From IMG/VR virus record IMGVR_UViG_3300025759_000031: a DNA stretch of 34,438 bases. One strand, given 5' to 3'. How positions within the stretch are numbered: the stretch's first letter is position 1; each line of letters begins with the position of its first letter. The translations under genes and the position numbers were made by a program. Shown here in pieces: positions 1-7,548 of the stretch. Source of the stretch: a virus. The notes under the pieces are model-generated. The model ran no database searches. It worked only from the letters and a program-made list of their open reading frames with translations, and had not been told where the DNA came from.

Positions 1-127
1 GTCCAAAACTCATCTTTCCAGCTAGACGCAGACGCGTCAGCCATTTTGCTTTCCCAATCTGCGCCATTTTGTATAACCTGCATCTTAGCCTCATGCTTAG
101 CTTGAGACTGTTGTTGCTTATTGCCTA
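1..127. repeat. Terminal direct repeat, copy 1: 127 bp identical to 34312..34438 (circular-assembly overlap)
   Basis: Base-by-base comparison of 1..127 with 34312..34438 shows no mismatch. The repeat cuts through an ORF, so it behaves as a circularisation overlap rather than a functional element. Confidence 0.95.
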
Positions 128-176
128 GCCATGTTTTAGCTAAGCCAGCAACTGGGCCTATCAATGCTTGCAACAT
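1..176 (-). CDS. Holin-like membrane protein, 5' portion; the gene crosses the circular junction and continues at 34311..34110
   Basis: ATG at 176 lies 4 nt after the upstream stop (180..182). The frame through position 1 is continuous with 34311 once the duplicate is removed (176+202 nt = 126 codons). The joined product is 125 aa, MLQALIGPVAGLAKTWLGNKQQQSQAKHEAKMQVIQNG..., with hydrophobic segments FWTIVLAVPLFALGWSII and WYQYLLFLAVSASFGI. The N-terminal part resembles my recollection of the 3-TM GTA-type holin family. Confidence 0.55.
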   Translation of the reverse strand, partial: MLQALIGPVAGLAKTWLGNKQQQSQAKHEAKMQVIQNGADWESKMADASASSWKDEFW

Positions 177-179
177 ACA

Positions 180-467
180 TTACCTCATTAGGTAAACAAT
201 GAGTGAAGCGGCGGTTGTTATTGAAATCCAAAACATCCTTTCGCCAAATCGCAAAGAGTTTGAGTTGGTTAGTACGTTATTAGTCAGACCTTTAATATCT
301 TCTGTATGACCATCAATTTGTTTTTCATGCCGTTCAAGTCGCTTAAATATAGATAACAACCTTTCTTCAATCCGAGCAAAATTAGCCACTGTATCTGACA
401 GCTTATCTAGCTTGTCTTCTATTCTTTCAAGCCTTTGTTCAGTCACCGCTATAAACCTTTCCATCAT
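180..467 (-). CDS. XhlA-like coiled-coil protein with a C-terminal transmembrane anchor (lysis-associated candidate)
   Basis: Internal start MMERF at 467 with AGGA upstream; the longer 551 start would overlap the neighbouring gene by more than 100 nt. The product has heptad-like ERLERIEDKLDKLSD...IEERLLSIFKRLERHEKQI followed by the hydrophobic tail MFWISITTAASLIVYLM. Confidence 0.5.
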   Translation of the reverse strand: MMERFIAVTEQRLERIEDKLDKLSDTVANFARIEERLLSIFKRLERHEKQIDGHTEDIKGLTNNVLTNSNSLRFGERMFWISITTAASLIVYLMR

Positions 468-885
468 TACACCGATCCTGCCATTCAATTTCTTCAAATG
501 ACAAAATACCAGTTGGCTCGTAGTAATCGCACATGTCGTAAGCGCCGTCATTGTTAATATCGCACTGCCTTTGCCATGTAACCATATTAAACGTCAATCC
601 TTCCGACCAGGGAATATAGCTTTCACACCACTGTGCGCTGCCTATAACGCCAACGCCGCCTGTCTCAACATGCACATGATCTTTCTTTGTATTCGGCAGC
701 GTTAAATGAAAAAGAATATCGCCTCGGCTGTAGGCTTTTGTGTAATAAAGCTTAGAATAATGACTAACGTACACTTTTTCATTGTCTTTAACCGTGTATT
801 GGCTGCCATCATCATACAAAATTACTGTATCTGCCGAAACAAACATTGTTGTTACAACAGATACAAAAGCCAATATGTTTTTCAT
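439..885 (-). CDS. Secreted cysteine-containing protein of unknown function
   Basis: 148 aa with a signal-peptide-like N-terminus MKNILAFVSVVTTMFVSA/DT and no lipobox. Several Cys residues sit in the mature part. There is a 4-nt ATGA-type overlap with the upstream gene. Confidence 0.6.
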   Translation of the reverse strand: MKNILAFVSVVTTMFVSADTVILYDDGSQYTVKDNEKVYVSHYSKLYYTKAYSRGDILFHLTLPNTKKDHVHVETGGVGVIGSAQWCESYIPWSEGLTFNMVTWQRQCDINNDGAYDMCDYYEPTGILSFEEIEWQDRCNDGKVYSGD

Positions 886-1352
886 CCTGCGCTCCTTATA
901 ACTGATATCGTTGCATAAATAATTCCACTCGAAAGCATTAAAGCAATAATCATTGCTGAAACATCTAACATTCTTCTTTGCCTTCTCCGTTGTTTATAAA
1001 TTATTCGCTCACGTTTTGCCCGTATTTCTCGACGCATTTGCATCATTTCTTTATACGCTTCTACTCCGTAAGACCAGGTAATTAACTCCCGTATTTGCTT
1101 TTCTTGCTCCTCTACTTTCTTTTTTGCAATAACGCTGTTTAATGCTTGTTGCTCAACAGATTCGCCATCAAACAACTTTTTAAACAATGGCGGCTTTTCT
1201 GATTCTTTTTCTGCTTCTTTAATATCGGAAACCAAGCCATACCAATGACCAAGTTTCTGAGCAACATGTTCAATCTCAGCACCTCTGTTTACTAGCGTCT
1301 GTATCCCTTTGAAGGTTGTAGACGCCATAGCAATTAAAGAAAGAGGATCCAT
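882..1352 (-). CDS. Tail-anchored membrane protein, unknown function (lysis-cassette neighbour)
   Basis: 156 aa with a charged helical middle, a KQRRRQRR stop-transfer-like patch, and a single C-terminal hydrophobic helix VSAMIIALMLSSGIIYATISVI. Confidence 0.6.
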   Translation of the reverse strand: MDPLSLIAMASTTFKGIQTLVNRGAEIEHVAQKLGHWYGLVSDIKEAEKESEKPPLFKKLFDGESVEQQALNSVIAKKKVEEQEKQIRELITWSYGVEAYKEMMQMRREIRAKRERIIYKQRRRQRRMLDVSAMIIALMLSSGIIYATISVIRSAG

Positions 1353-1360
1353 TCATTAGA

Positions 1361-1672
1361 TTACCAAGAAACGCCAGTGCCAGACGTAGGTGTAGCTTGC
1401 TCTGCAATCTGTGCATCAATAGCCGCCTCTGTAGCCGCTACTTGCTCGTCACCCAGAGCCGCCTTAGCCCAGCCAACAGCCATCTCTTCGGTAACATCAG
1501 CCCACTCTACAAACGACTCTCCGGGTGCCTCAAGCCCTACAGTGCCGTATGAAGAGCCAGAGTTATCTCCGTCAGTCTTTGATACACGCCAGTGTACGGT
1601 GTTGACTACGTTGGTGTGTCCGTTTTGTGAAACGGTGTAGTCCATTGCTGATACAGTCCATGTGTGTGCCAT
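1361..1672 (-). CDS. Hypothetical acidic protein directly downstream of the tail fibre
   Basis: 103-aa ORF that starts 4 nt after the tail-fibre stop. Composition is protein-like. The antisense ORF 1377..1640 is judged spurious. Confidence 0.6.
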   Translation of the reverse strand: MAHTWTVSAMDYTVSQNGHTNVVNTVHWRVSKTDGDNSGSSYGTVGLEAPGESFVEWADVTEEMAVGWAKAALGDEQVAATEAAIDAQIAEQATPTSGTGVSW

Positions 1673-1675
1673 TGT

Positions 1676-4642
1676 TTATTCTCCTTTAAGTGCCGTTACT
1701 TCGGCTTTGAGTTCGTTTACTTGTGTTGAAAGTTCTTGAATAGATTTCATCATGGCGAACATAAGATCAGTGTTAAACACGGAGTCCATCTGTTGCTCGT
1801 TGTATTCCCAAGATGCTTTGCTTACAAACTCTGGCGCAACAGCTTCAACGTCCTGTGCAATAACACCTAAGTGAAGTTTGCTGTTTTCCTCGTCCTCATT
1901 GTATCTAAAGTTTTTAACCGGAATACTGCAAAGTTTTTCAAGGTAATCACCAGATTCAACAATGTCTTTTTTGGCGCGTTGATCTGATAAATTTGAATCA
2001 AAGGCTTGATAATTACTGATTCCTCCATTTGAGGTAACCGACATCCTCAATGCGGAGCTATCTTCACAATAAATAAACTGATTACCACTGCCGTTAGGAG
2101 CCGCCGCCGAATAATCAATATTAAGGCCAAAACAGTTTGCGGTATTCGTATTTGTGTCTATCAGCTTTGCGGTATAAACGCCTGTTGCAACACTCTTACT
2201 AGCAACTAAGCGTGAACTTCCAGAGGTAGTTGTTCCAACCAGCAAGTTGCCGCTAGAGTCGATAGAAAACCTATTCGTCATGGTCACTGCATCGCCAATG
2301 GTATCCGTACCAGACGCGCTTGTCTTAAATTCTAGACTGCCATTACCAATTTCTAGGGCCGATTTTGCAAAGGAAAAATTACCCGCCGCTGAAACATATC
2401 CGTGAGAAGTAGTTGTTGATGGCTTTGCACCATAAGTCAGTGTGGTATAGCCCGATGATCTCACTGATCCAAATATGTTTAAGAGGTCATCGTTGGTGTA
2501 ATTGATCGCGTAAGCCGTAGCGCCGCTGGTAGACGAGTCGCCGGCTAGTACGGAACCACCAGCAGTAATACGCATGGCTTCTGACGTACCGCTCCCACCA
2601 CCACCGCCAGTTAAAAAGCGAATTGATCCTGTACCAGATGTTGCGCCATAACTGTGTATTGAGACTAGGTTACTGCTGTACTCAACAACGCCCGCATTGG
2701 TTTGGTGACTTGCTAAAGACCCTTTGAAAATAACACCGCCAGAGCTATCTATCGCCATGCGTGTCGCGCCAGCAGTACCAATAAGCATTTCATCGGTTCC
2801 GCTGTTGTTATGGTTGTATTGAATGAACCCCCTGTACTGCTCGTCACCTGTTGTGCCATCGGCGAAGTACAAAGCACCATAACCGCCAGACGTAGAATCA
2901 CTGACTACCGTAATACCTCCAGAAACACCAGTATCCACAACAAGCTCTGAAGCATTGCTATAAGTTGAAGGGGATGTAGTGCCAATGCCAACCCTGCCGC
3001 TGGAGTCGATAAGCATACGCCCTATTTCATTTGTGCCGAAGATCAAAGAGCGTGAAGCACTGTTGTGGTAAATGTGCATACCTGTGGCGTCTAATGCGAT
3101 TGCGCCATCGTAGCCATTGCCATCAATCCTGATCTGACCAGTGGGTGTTCCCGACATACTGATATCAGTGCCATCACCAGCAGTGAGGTTGCCATCTATG
3201 TCCACGTTCTGACTTGAGTCAATCGTAATTGCAGTGCTTGTGGCGTTGTCGTCGATGCCTGTGGAGGTAAACGTAGTAAACGTGCCTGCGGCGGCTGTAG
3301 ATGCACCAATAATTGTGTTTTCGATTGTGCCGCCAGATATGGTTAAGTCATTGGCAACATAGGTGTCAGAGATAACCGAGCCTTGCCAGGTTCCTGTGCC
3401 AATTGTTCCAACTGCCGTTATTTGCGTCTGAGAGGCATCCACAGACAAAGTGTCCGTACTAAGGGTAATACCCGTACCTGCCGTCAAAGCGGTCTTAGAA
3501 ACGCTTATAGCAGCGCTGGCGTTAACATCATCATTAACAATAACCCCAGAGCCAATAGCCGCTACGCCAGTATCGGCAATCGTAACGTCGCCAGAGACTA
3601 CATTGTCAATCCACTTTGATGTGCCTGTGTCATAAAACAAAACGGCGGCATCAGCAGGGCTTGTAACATTTGTATCTGTAAGCTCGGCAAGTGTATCCGC
3701 AGATGCAACCTGAGAATCGACATATGCCTTAATAGATTGTTGGGTAGCGAGTTGAGTTGCAGAGTCTGAAGACATATCATCTTCATCAAGAACCGCAGTG
3801 CCAGAAACGCCCGTGTTTAAAACAGGCGATGTTAGTGTTTTGTTTGTAAGAGATTGACTTCCAGTAAGCGTTGCTACCGTCGAATCAATCGCAAACGTAA
3901 CGGCATTACCAGAACCCGACGTATCAATACCAGTGCCGCCAGTAAACGTCATGGTTTCTGAGTCAAGATCAATATTTAAAGCACCACCGCTGTCAGCTTG
4001 AAAGTCTAAGTCTGATGCTGTTGCTACAGAATCAACATATGCCTTTACTGATTGCTGGCTGGGAATAGATGTAGCTGAGTCGCTAGACATATCATCTTCG
4101 TCAACAAAAGCTGTAACGCCATCAAGCACATTTAATTCTGCGGCTGTACTTGTTACTCCATCTAGTATATTTAACTCTGCGGTTGTACTTGTAACCCCGT
4201 CAAGAATGTTTAATTCTGCCGTTGTCGAAGTAACACCATCTAGTATATTTAGCTCAGCCGCAGTAGAAGTCACTCCGTCCAAAATATTAAGCTCAGCCGC
4301 TGTGCTGGTAACCCCATCTAAAATATTAAGTTCGGCTGTAGTGGATGTAACGCCATCCATAATATTAAGTTCTGCGGCAGTAGCAGTAACTCCGTCAAGG
4401 ATATTTAACTCCGCCGCAGTAGAGGTTACGCCATCAAGAATGTTTAACTCTGCCGCTGTAGCGGTAATTGCAGTCCCCGCAATAGAAAGGCTGCTTGGGT
4501 TTGACCCCACTTCGATAACAGCACCACTGCCATTTTCGGTATAAAGTCTTTTGTTTGTTAAATCAATTGCTGGTTCGCCTTGGACTAAATCACTAGCTGA
4601 GGGCGCACCCGATCCATTTTTAAGCTTAATTGTGGTTGCCAT
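1676..4642 (-). CDS. Tail fibre with nine ELNxLDGVT repeats and a C-terminal S74-type intramolecular chaperone (autoproteolytic) domain
   Basis: 988 aa. There are nine consecutive 13-aa units T(S/A)T(A/T)AELN(I/V)(L/M)DGV, and two copies of DEDDMSSDSAT...QQS(V/I)KAYVDS. The last ~103 aa, SDQRAKKDIVE...LHLGVIAQDVEAVAPEFV...coiled coil, match the endosialidase/tail-fibre chaperone signature. A GGAG RBS precedes the ATG. Confidence 0.9.
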   Translation of the reverse strand: MATTIKLKNGSGAPSASDLVQGEPAIDLTNKRLYTENGSGAVIEVGSNPSSLSIAGTAITATAAELNILDGVTSTAAELNILDGVTATAAELNIMDGVTSTTAELNILDGVTSTAAELNILDGVTSTAAELNILDGVTSTTAELNILDGVTSTTAELNILDGVTSTAAELNVLDGVTAFVDEDDMSSDSATSIPSQQSVKAYVDSVATASDLDFQADSGGALNIDLDSETMTFTGGTGIDTSGSGNAVTFAIDSTVATLTGSQSLTNKTLTSPVLNTGVSGTAVLDEDDMSSDSATQLATQQSIKAYVDSQVASADTLAELTDTNVTSPADAAVLFYDTGTSKWIDNVVSGDVTIADTGVAAIGSGVIVNDDVNASAAISVSKTALTAGTGITLSTDTLSVDASQTQITAVGTIGTGTWQGSVISDTYVANDLTISGGTIENTIIGASTAAAGTFTTFTSTGIDDNATSTAITIDSSQNVDIDGNLTAGDGTDISMSGTPTGQIRIDGNGYDGAIALDATGMHIYHNSASRSLIFGTNEIGRMLIDSSGRVGIGTTSPSTYSNASELVVDTGVSGGITVVSDSTSGGYGALYFADGTTGDEQYRGFIQYNHNNSGTDEMLIGTAGATRMAIDSSGGVIFKGSLASHQTNAGVVEYSSNLVSIHSYGATSGTGSIRFLTGGGGGSGTSEAMRITAGGSVLAGDSSTSGATAYAINYTNDDLLNIFGSVRSSGYTTLTYGAKPSTTTSHGYVSAAGNFSFAKSALEIGNGSLEFKTSASGTDTIGDAVTMTNRFSIDSSGNLLVGTTTSGSSRLVASKSVATGVYTAKLIDTNTNTANCFGLNIDYSAAAPNGSGNQFIYCEDSSALRMSVTSNGGISNYQAFDSNLSDQRAKKDIVESGDYLEKLCSIPVKNFRYNEDEENSKLHLGVIAQDVEAVAPEFVSKASWEYNEQQMDSVFNTDLMFAMMKSIQELSTQVNELKAEVTALKGE
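4112..4465 (-). repeat. Nine tandem 39-bp in-frame coding repeats inside the tail-fibre gene
   Basis: The repeat units are near-identical at the peptide level but differ at many third-codon positions at the DNA level. Boundaries are approximate. Confidence 0.85.
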
Positions 4643-4670
4643 GAACTACTCCAAGGAAAACATTGGATAT

Positions 4671-4695
4671 AAAGAAAGGGGGGCCGAAGCCCCCG
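4671..4695 (-). terminator. Rho-independent terminator after the major capsid gene
   Basis: The minus strand reads GGGGGC-TTCG-GCCCCC followed by TTTCTTT. It sits between the capsid stop (4702) and the fibre start (4642), the same relative position as the T7 terminator after its capsid gene. Confidence 0.8.
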
Positions 4696-4701
4696 TAAAG
4701 A

Positions 4702-5691
4702 TTAAGCAGATGGTAGTGCGAGCACAAACCCAGCTTCAGGACGATACACTTGGACACCATAAAGCGTGTCGGCAGTGTACAGAGTAGACAGGTACTCTTG
4801 CTTGTATTGTGTCTGTGATCGAACGGCCATTTGCTCAGCCATCACAACTGCATCAGCGTGGAAAAGCAACGCCGCGCGAGTATCAACACTTGCCGCAGTG
4901 TTAGCAGCAGCAGCTTCGATAGTCGCACAGTTAGCAGACACGTATACATCTACGCCATAAAGGTTACCAATAAGCCCGCTATTTACTACTCCGCCGTTTA
5001 CAAAGTCAGATGAAACATATCGGTCAATGCCCATAATTTCATTCCGTACTCCAGGGGGAATAACAAAATAACGATTTTCCATTGGGACATTGTTGTCATC
5101 CAACTTTTGGATCATGTCTCGGAAAAAACGATCAGTAAACTTATCACCAGCAATACCGTCAATGGTATCGTCAGTGTACTGAGTCGTTGAGTCATTAGTA
5201 TTCATAAAACAGCCAGTGTGCTGGTAGTCAGTAGGAGCTACTGATCCAGAAAATACAACTGCACCACCGTCACCAAAGCCAGTACCGCAAGAGTGCAGGT
5301 CATTATCAACCTGTACAGCCAGAGCATAACCAGCGTCTTCAGTGTAAAACTGACGCAAAGAAGACAAAGCCTGAACTTCTACAATGTCCTCAATTAAGCG
5401 CGAGTATTCAAAGTGACGGTTAATAGTAATCGTCAACTCTGACTCTGTATTGGCAATGATAGTTACCGCAGTATCAGCCGCTTTAGCATTGGCATCGCCG
5501 CGAGTAGGCTTAGGAATATGAATAACGTCACCCTTCTTGCCAGACATAGAAATGCGCTTGACAAGGGGAGCCATCTTCAAGTTCTTTTGGTAGGCAGCAA
5601 TAATTTCATCTGACCAAATTTCTGGTACAAATGTTGCCGCTTCTGTTAATGCGGTATTACCACCCGCGCCGGGATAAGTTGCTGTAGCCAT
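4702..5691 (-). CDS. Major capsid protein
   Basis: 329 aa, immediately after the scaffold-like gene and followed by a strong terminator. The N-terminal pattern ...FVPEIWSDEII...MAPLVKRI... and the size are typical of podoviral HK97-fold capsid proteins. Confidence 0.8.
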   Translation of the reverse strand: MATATYPGAGGNTALTEAATFVPEIWSDEIIAAYQKNLKMAPLVKRISMSGKKGDVIHIPKPTRGDANAKAADTAVTIIANTESELTITINRHFEYSRLIEDIVEVQALSSLRQFYTEDAGYALAVQVDNDLHSCGTGFGDGGAVVFSGSVAPTDYQHTGCFMNTNDSTTQYTDDTIDGIAGDKFTDRFFRDMIQKLDDNNVPMENRYFVIPPGVRNEIMGIDRYVSSDFVNGGVVNSGLIGNLYGVDVYVSANCATIEAAAANTAASVDTRAALLFHADAVVMAEQMAVRSQTQYKQEYLSTLYTADTLYGVQVYRPEAGFVLALPSA

Positions 5692-5708
5692 GATAGTTCT
5701 CCTTTAGG

Positions 5709-6512
5709 CTATTTAACTCGACCCTCCGCGTATGCTTTCAGTATCTCATCTGATAAAGCGTTATAACGGTCTGGGTCAGTCTTCATAAGTTTAATAATGT
5801 CAGCACGACGATAAACTTTTTTGTTTGACCTTTCCGCTGTACCTCGGGCATTGCCTGTTGTTGCTGACCTAACCGCATTCTTACGACTTGCGCGCTCTGC
5901 TATTGCAGTTTGCTGAACTATACTGCTTCGTTCTTTCCAAAGCGAAAATAGCTCATTTGCCGAATCATAATCATACGCTTGGTCTGCATTAACAAACAGT
6001 TGCGTTCTAACCTTTGATCCTTTTATCCATTCAGCAAATTTAGGGTCTTGCAAAACTTGATCCATATCAGGGTGATCTGATCTTAACTGTGCAAGAGTGG
6101 CCTGTTGTTTGTACTGTTTAGTGTACGTTTCTGCCTCTTTGATTTTAGGATGATTGTCTATAGCCCGATTAACAGCACTTTGTGGGTCAACAAAAAAATC
6201 AACATCATTTGTGTTGCTATCTTCTTGCTGTGTTTCAGGTGCTTGCTTGTTGTCGAGTTCTGTCTGAATGTATCCGTCAACTAATCTTCGCAGCTCGCCT
6301 ACTTCCGTACTCTGTTTGCCCGAAAACTTCTCAAGCTCTTGGTTCATCTGCACCAAATCTTGTACAGACTTACCACGATACTTTTCTGGAATGTCAAAAT
6401 CTTGAGGTTTCTCCTTTACTGGAGCCTCAACGGATTCTTGCGCTGTGTCCTGCAAAGCATCAGAAGATTCTTCATCTTGACGCTCATCAATAATTGTTGC
6501 TCTTGACATCAT
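5709..6512 (-). CDS. Scaffolding protein candidate
   Basis: 267 aa, acidic and helical-looking, with no Cys-rich or enzymatic motifs. It lies directly upstream of the capsid gene. Confidence 0.6.
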   Translation of the reverse strand: MMSRATIIDERQDEESSDALQDTAQESVEAPVKEKPQDFDIPEKYRGKSVQDLVQMNQELEKFSGKQSTEVGELRRLVDGYIQTELDNKQAPETQQEDSNTNDVDFFVDPQSAVNRAIDNHPKIKEAETYTKQYKQQATLAQLRSDHPDMDQVLQDPKFAEWIKGSKVRTQLFVNADQAYDYDSANELFSLWKERSSIVQQTAIAERASRKNAVRSATTGNARGTAERSNKKVYRRADIIKLMKTDPDRYNALSDEILKAYAEGRVK

Positions 6513-6542
6513 TTAAACTCATTCCGCCTAATGGTTATGGAA

Positions 6543-6788
6543 TTATTGGGCTTGACTCTCCTCTCGTTGAGCTTCCCGTCCTCGTCTTCCCGCTTCTTCA
6601 TGCTCTCGCACCCACCTAATGTGCCTGCCAGGGAAATCCCCAGTAGACCCATCCAGCACGAAATTTGATGCTGAAGCGATCTTTCTAGCATTAGCGCCAC
6701 ATCCGCACCTAGTGGCTGTGGTTCCGCCCGCTACAAACTCTTCAAATATATGACCGTTTTCGCAACGAAAGTCAAATATCTTATTCAT
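6543..6788 (-). CDS. Small zinc-ribbon-like protein
   Basis: Start MNKIFDF at 6788, overlapping the upstream stop as ATGAATAA. The protein carries FRCENGH...TRCGCG Cys/His pairs and a basic/acidic tail. Confidence 0.5.
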   Translation of the reverse strand: MNKIFDFRCENGHIFEEFVAGGTTATRCGCGANARKIASASNFVLDGSTGDFPGRHIRWVREHEEAGRRGREAQREESQAQ

Positions 6789-7029
6789 CTTCTTTTTGCA
6801 ACTCTTCAAAGTTGTTGTTAACAGTAGACTCTAAATTCAACAAAAAAGCCAAAATGTTTAGCTGGCCTTTCCGAAAATACATATCGTCACTGTCTTTAAC
6901 TGCCTCAACGCTATTAACAGAAATAGCATTGTGCTTTAACTCTTCAAGTAACTGCTTCCAACCATCGGTTGTAAACAAATCAAAATACTTGTTGTAATAC
7001 TCTTCAACTTCTTTTTCCATCGAGGCCAT
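6781..7029 (-). CDS. Hypothetical protein
   Basis: 82-aa ORF with balanced composition, in operon register with its neighbours. Confidence 0.55.
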   Translation of the reverse strand: MASMEKEVEEYYNKYFDLFTTDGWKQLLEELKHNAISVNSVEAVKDSDDMYFRKGQLNILAFLLNLESTVNNNFEELQKEDE

Positions 7030-7045
7030 TTGGTTATCTCACTAA

Positions 7046-7303
7046 TTACGCTGTCTTTTTTGCGGTTTTCCTTCTTTTGCCTGAAGCCGTTACCGCGTAC
7101 TTAATTGCTTTTGGCCCTGTCTTTTTCCGCTTAGCTGCTTCTTTTTCTGCCTTTGTCATCTTAGCGGCTACTGCTTTGGGCCTACATGCAGGATATGGGC
7201 GGCTAGATCCTTTAGCTTTTTTACGACCACATTTTTTTCCGGTCTTGATGTCAACCCACTCTTCCTTAAACCACTTTGTTAAGCCGCCTTTAGACTTAGA
7301 CAT
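7046..7303 (-). CDS. Lys-rich small basic protein; C-terminal half of a conserved small phage protein (split or frameshifted gene)
   Basis: Start MSKSKGGLTKWFKEEWVD at 7303. The upstream part of the tracked ORF (7304..7372) overlaps the better-supported N-half ORF in another frame. The tail KKAKGSSRPYPACRP...KRKKTGPK is strongly basic. Confidence 0.6.
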   Translation of the reverse strand: MSKSKGGLTKWFKEEWVDIKTGKKCGRKKAKGSSRPYPACRPKAVAAKMTKAEKEAAKRKKTGPKAIKYAVTASGKRRKTAKKTA

Positions 7304-7469
7304 AAGTGCCACCACGTTTTTTGTATTCCCGAACAAGCCACGCATTAGCATAGGCGCTAGGGTATACGTCAAATTTCTTTTTAGCTTCAGACTTTACCCT
7401 AGAGTACAGCGCCTTGTTTTTTGGCGTTGAACTGCTTTTCTTTTTAGGCAAGGTCTTTTTTGCTGCCAT
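7296..7469 (-). CDS. Small basic protein; N-terminal half (motif PSAYANAWLVREYKKRGG) of the split gene
   Basis: Hand translation gives MAAKKTLPKKKSSSTPKNKALYSRVKSEAKKKFDVYPSAYANAWLVREYKKRGGTYV*. It is below the ORF-track size cut-off. Its stop overlaps the next ATG as ATGTCTAA. Confidence 0.55.
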   Translation of the reverse strand: MAAKKTLPKKKSSSTPKNKALYSRVKSEAKKKFDVYPSAYANAWLVREYKKRGGTYV

Positions 7470-7534
7470 TACTTTTTAACCTTTTTTTTCTTTTTCTTTG
7501 GCTTTGTTGAATATGCTCCACTTCCATAGCCCAT
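7469..7534 (-). CDS. Possible 21-aa Lys-rich mini-ORF
   Basis: MGYGSGAYSTKPKKKKKKVKK*, preceded by GGGAG 6 nt upstream. Its stop overlaps the next ATG as TAATG. It is very short, so this is weak. Confidence 0.25.
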   Translation of the reverse strand: MGYGSGAYSTKPKKKKKKVKK

Positions 7535-7548
7535 TTTTATCTCCCTAC

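Noticed and set aside
180-551. The long N-terminal extensions suggested by the ORF track for several genes (180..551, 6543..6809, 17553..17888, 18679..18930, 19084..19356, 19877..20356, 22636..25893, 8680..10728).
   Set aside because: The extensions start at non-ATG or unsupported codons inside the preceding gene. Internal ATGs with Shine-Dalgarno sequences or stop/start coupling give shorter, non-overlapping models, and those are the ones reported.
4112-4465. A regular 39-bp periodic repeat that could be mistaken for a CRISPR array or a non-coding tandem repeat.
   Set aside because: There are no unique spacers. The units are contiguous and in frame, and they encode the ELNxLDGVT peptide repeat of the tail fibre.
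1377-4787. Antisense ORFs opposite the 103-aa gene and the tail fibre (1377..1640, 3383..3619, 3450..3635, 4206..4544, 4551..4787) and the off-frame 3598..3789.
   Set aside because: They are embedded in or opposite strongly supported genes. 4206..4544 is simply the antisense reading of the fibre repeats. None has RBS or operon logic.
6509-6700. A 63-aa minus-strand ORF overlapping the zinc-ribbon gene and the scaffold start.
   Set aside because: It overlaps 6543..6788 in another frame almost completely, and the latter has the Cys motif and start/stop coupling. The composition of the 63-aa ORF is unremarkable.
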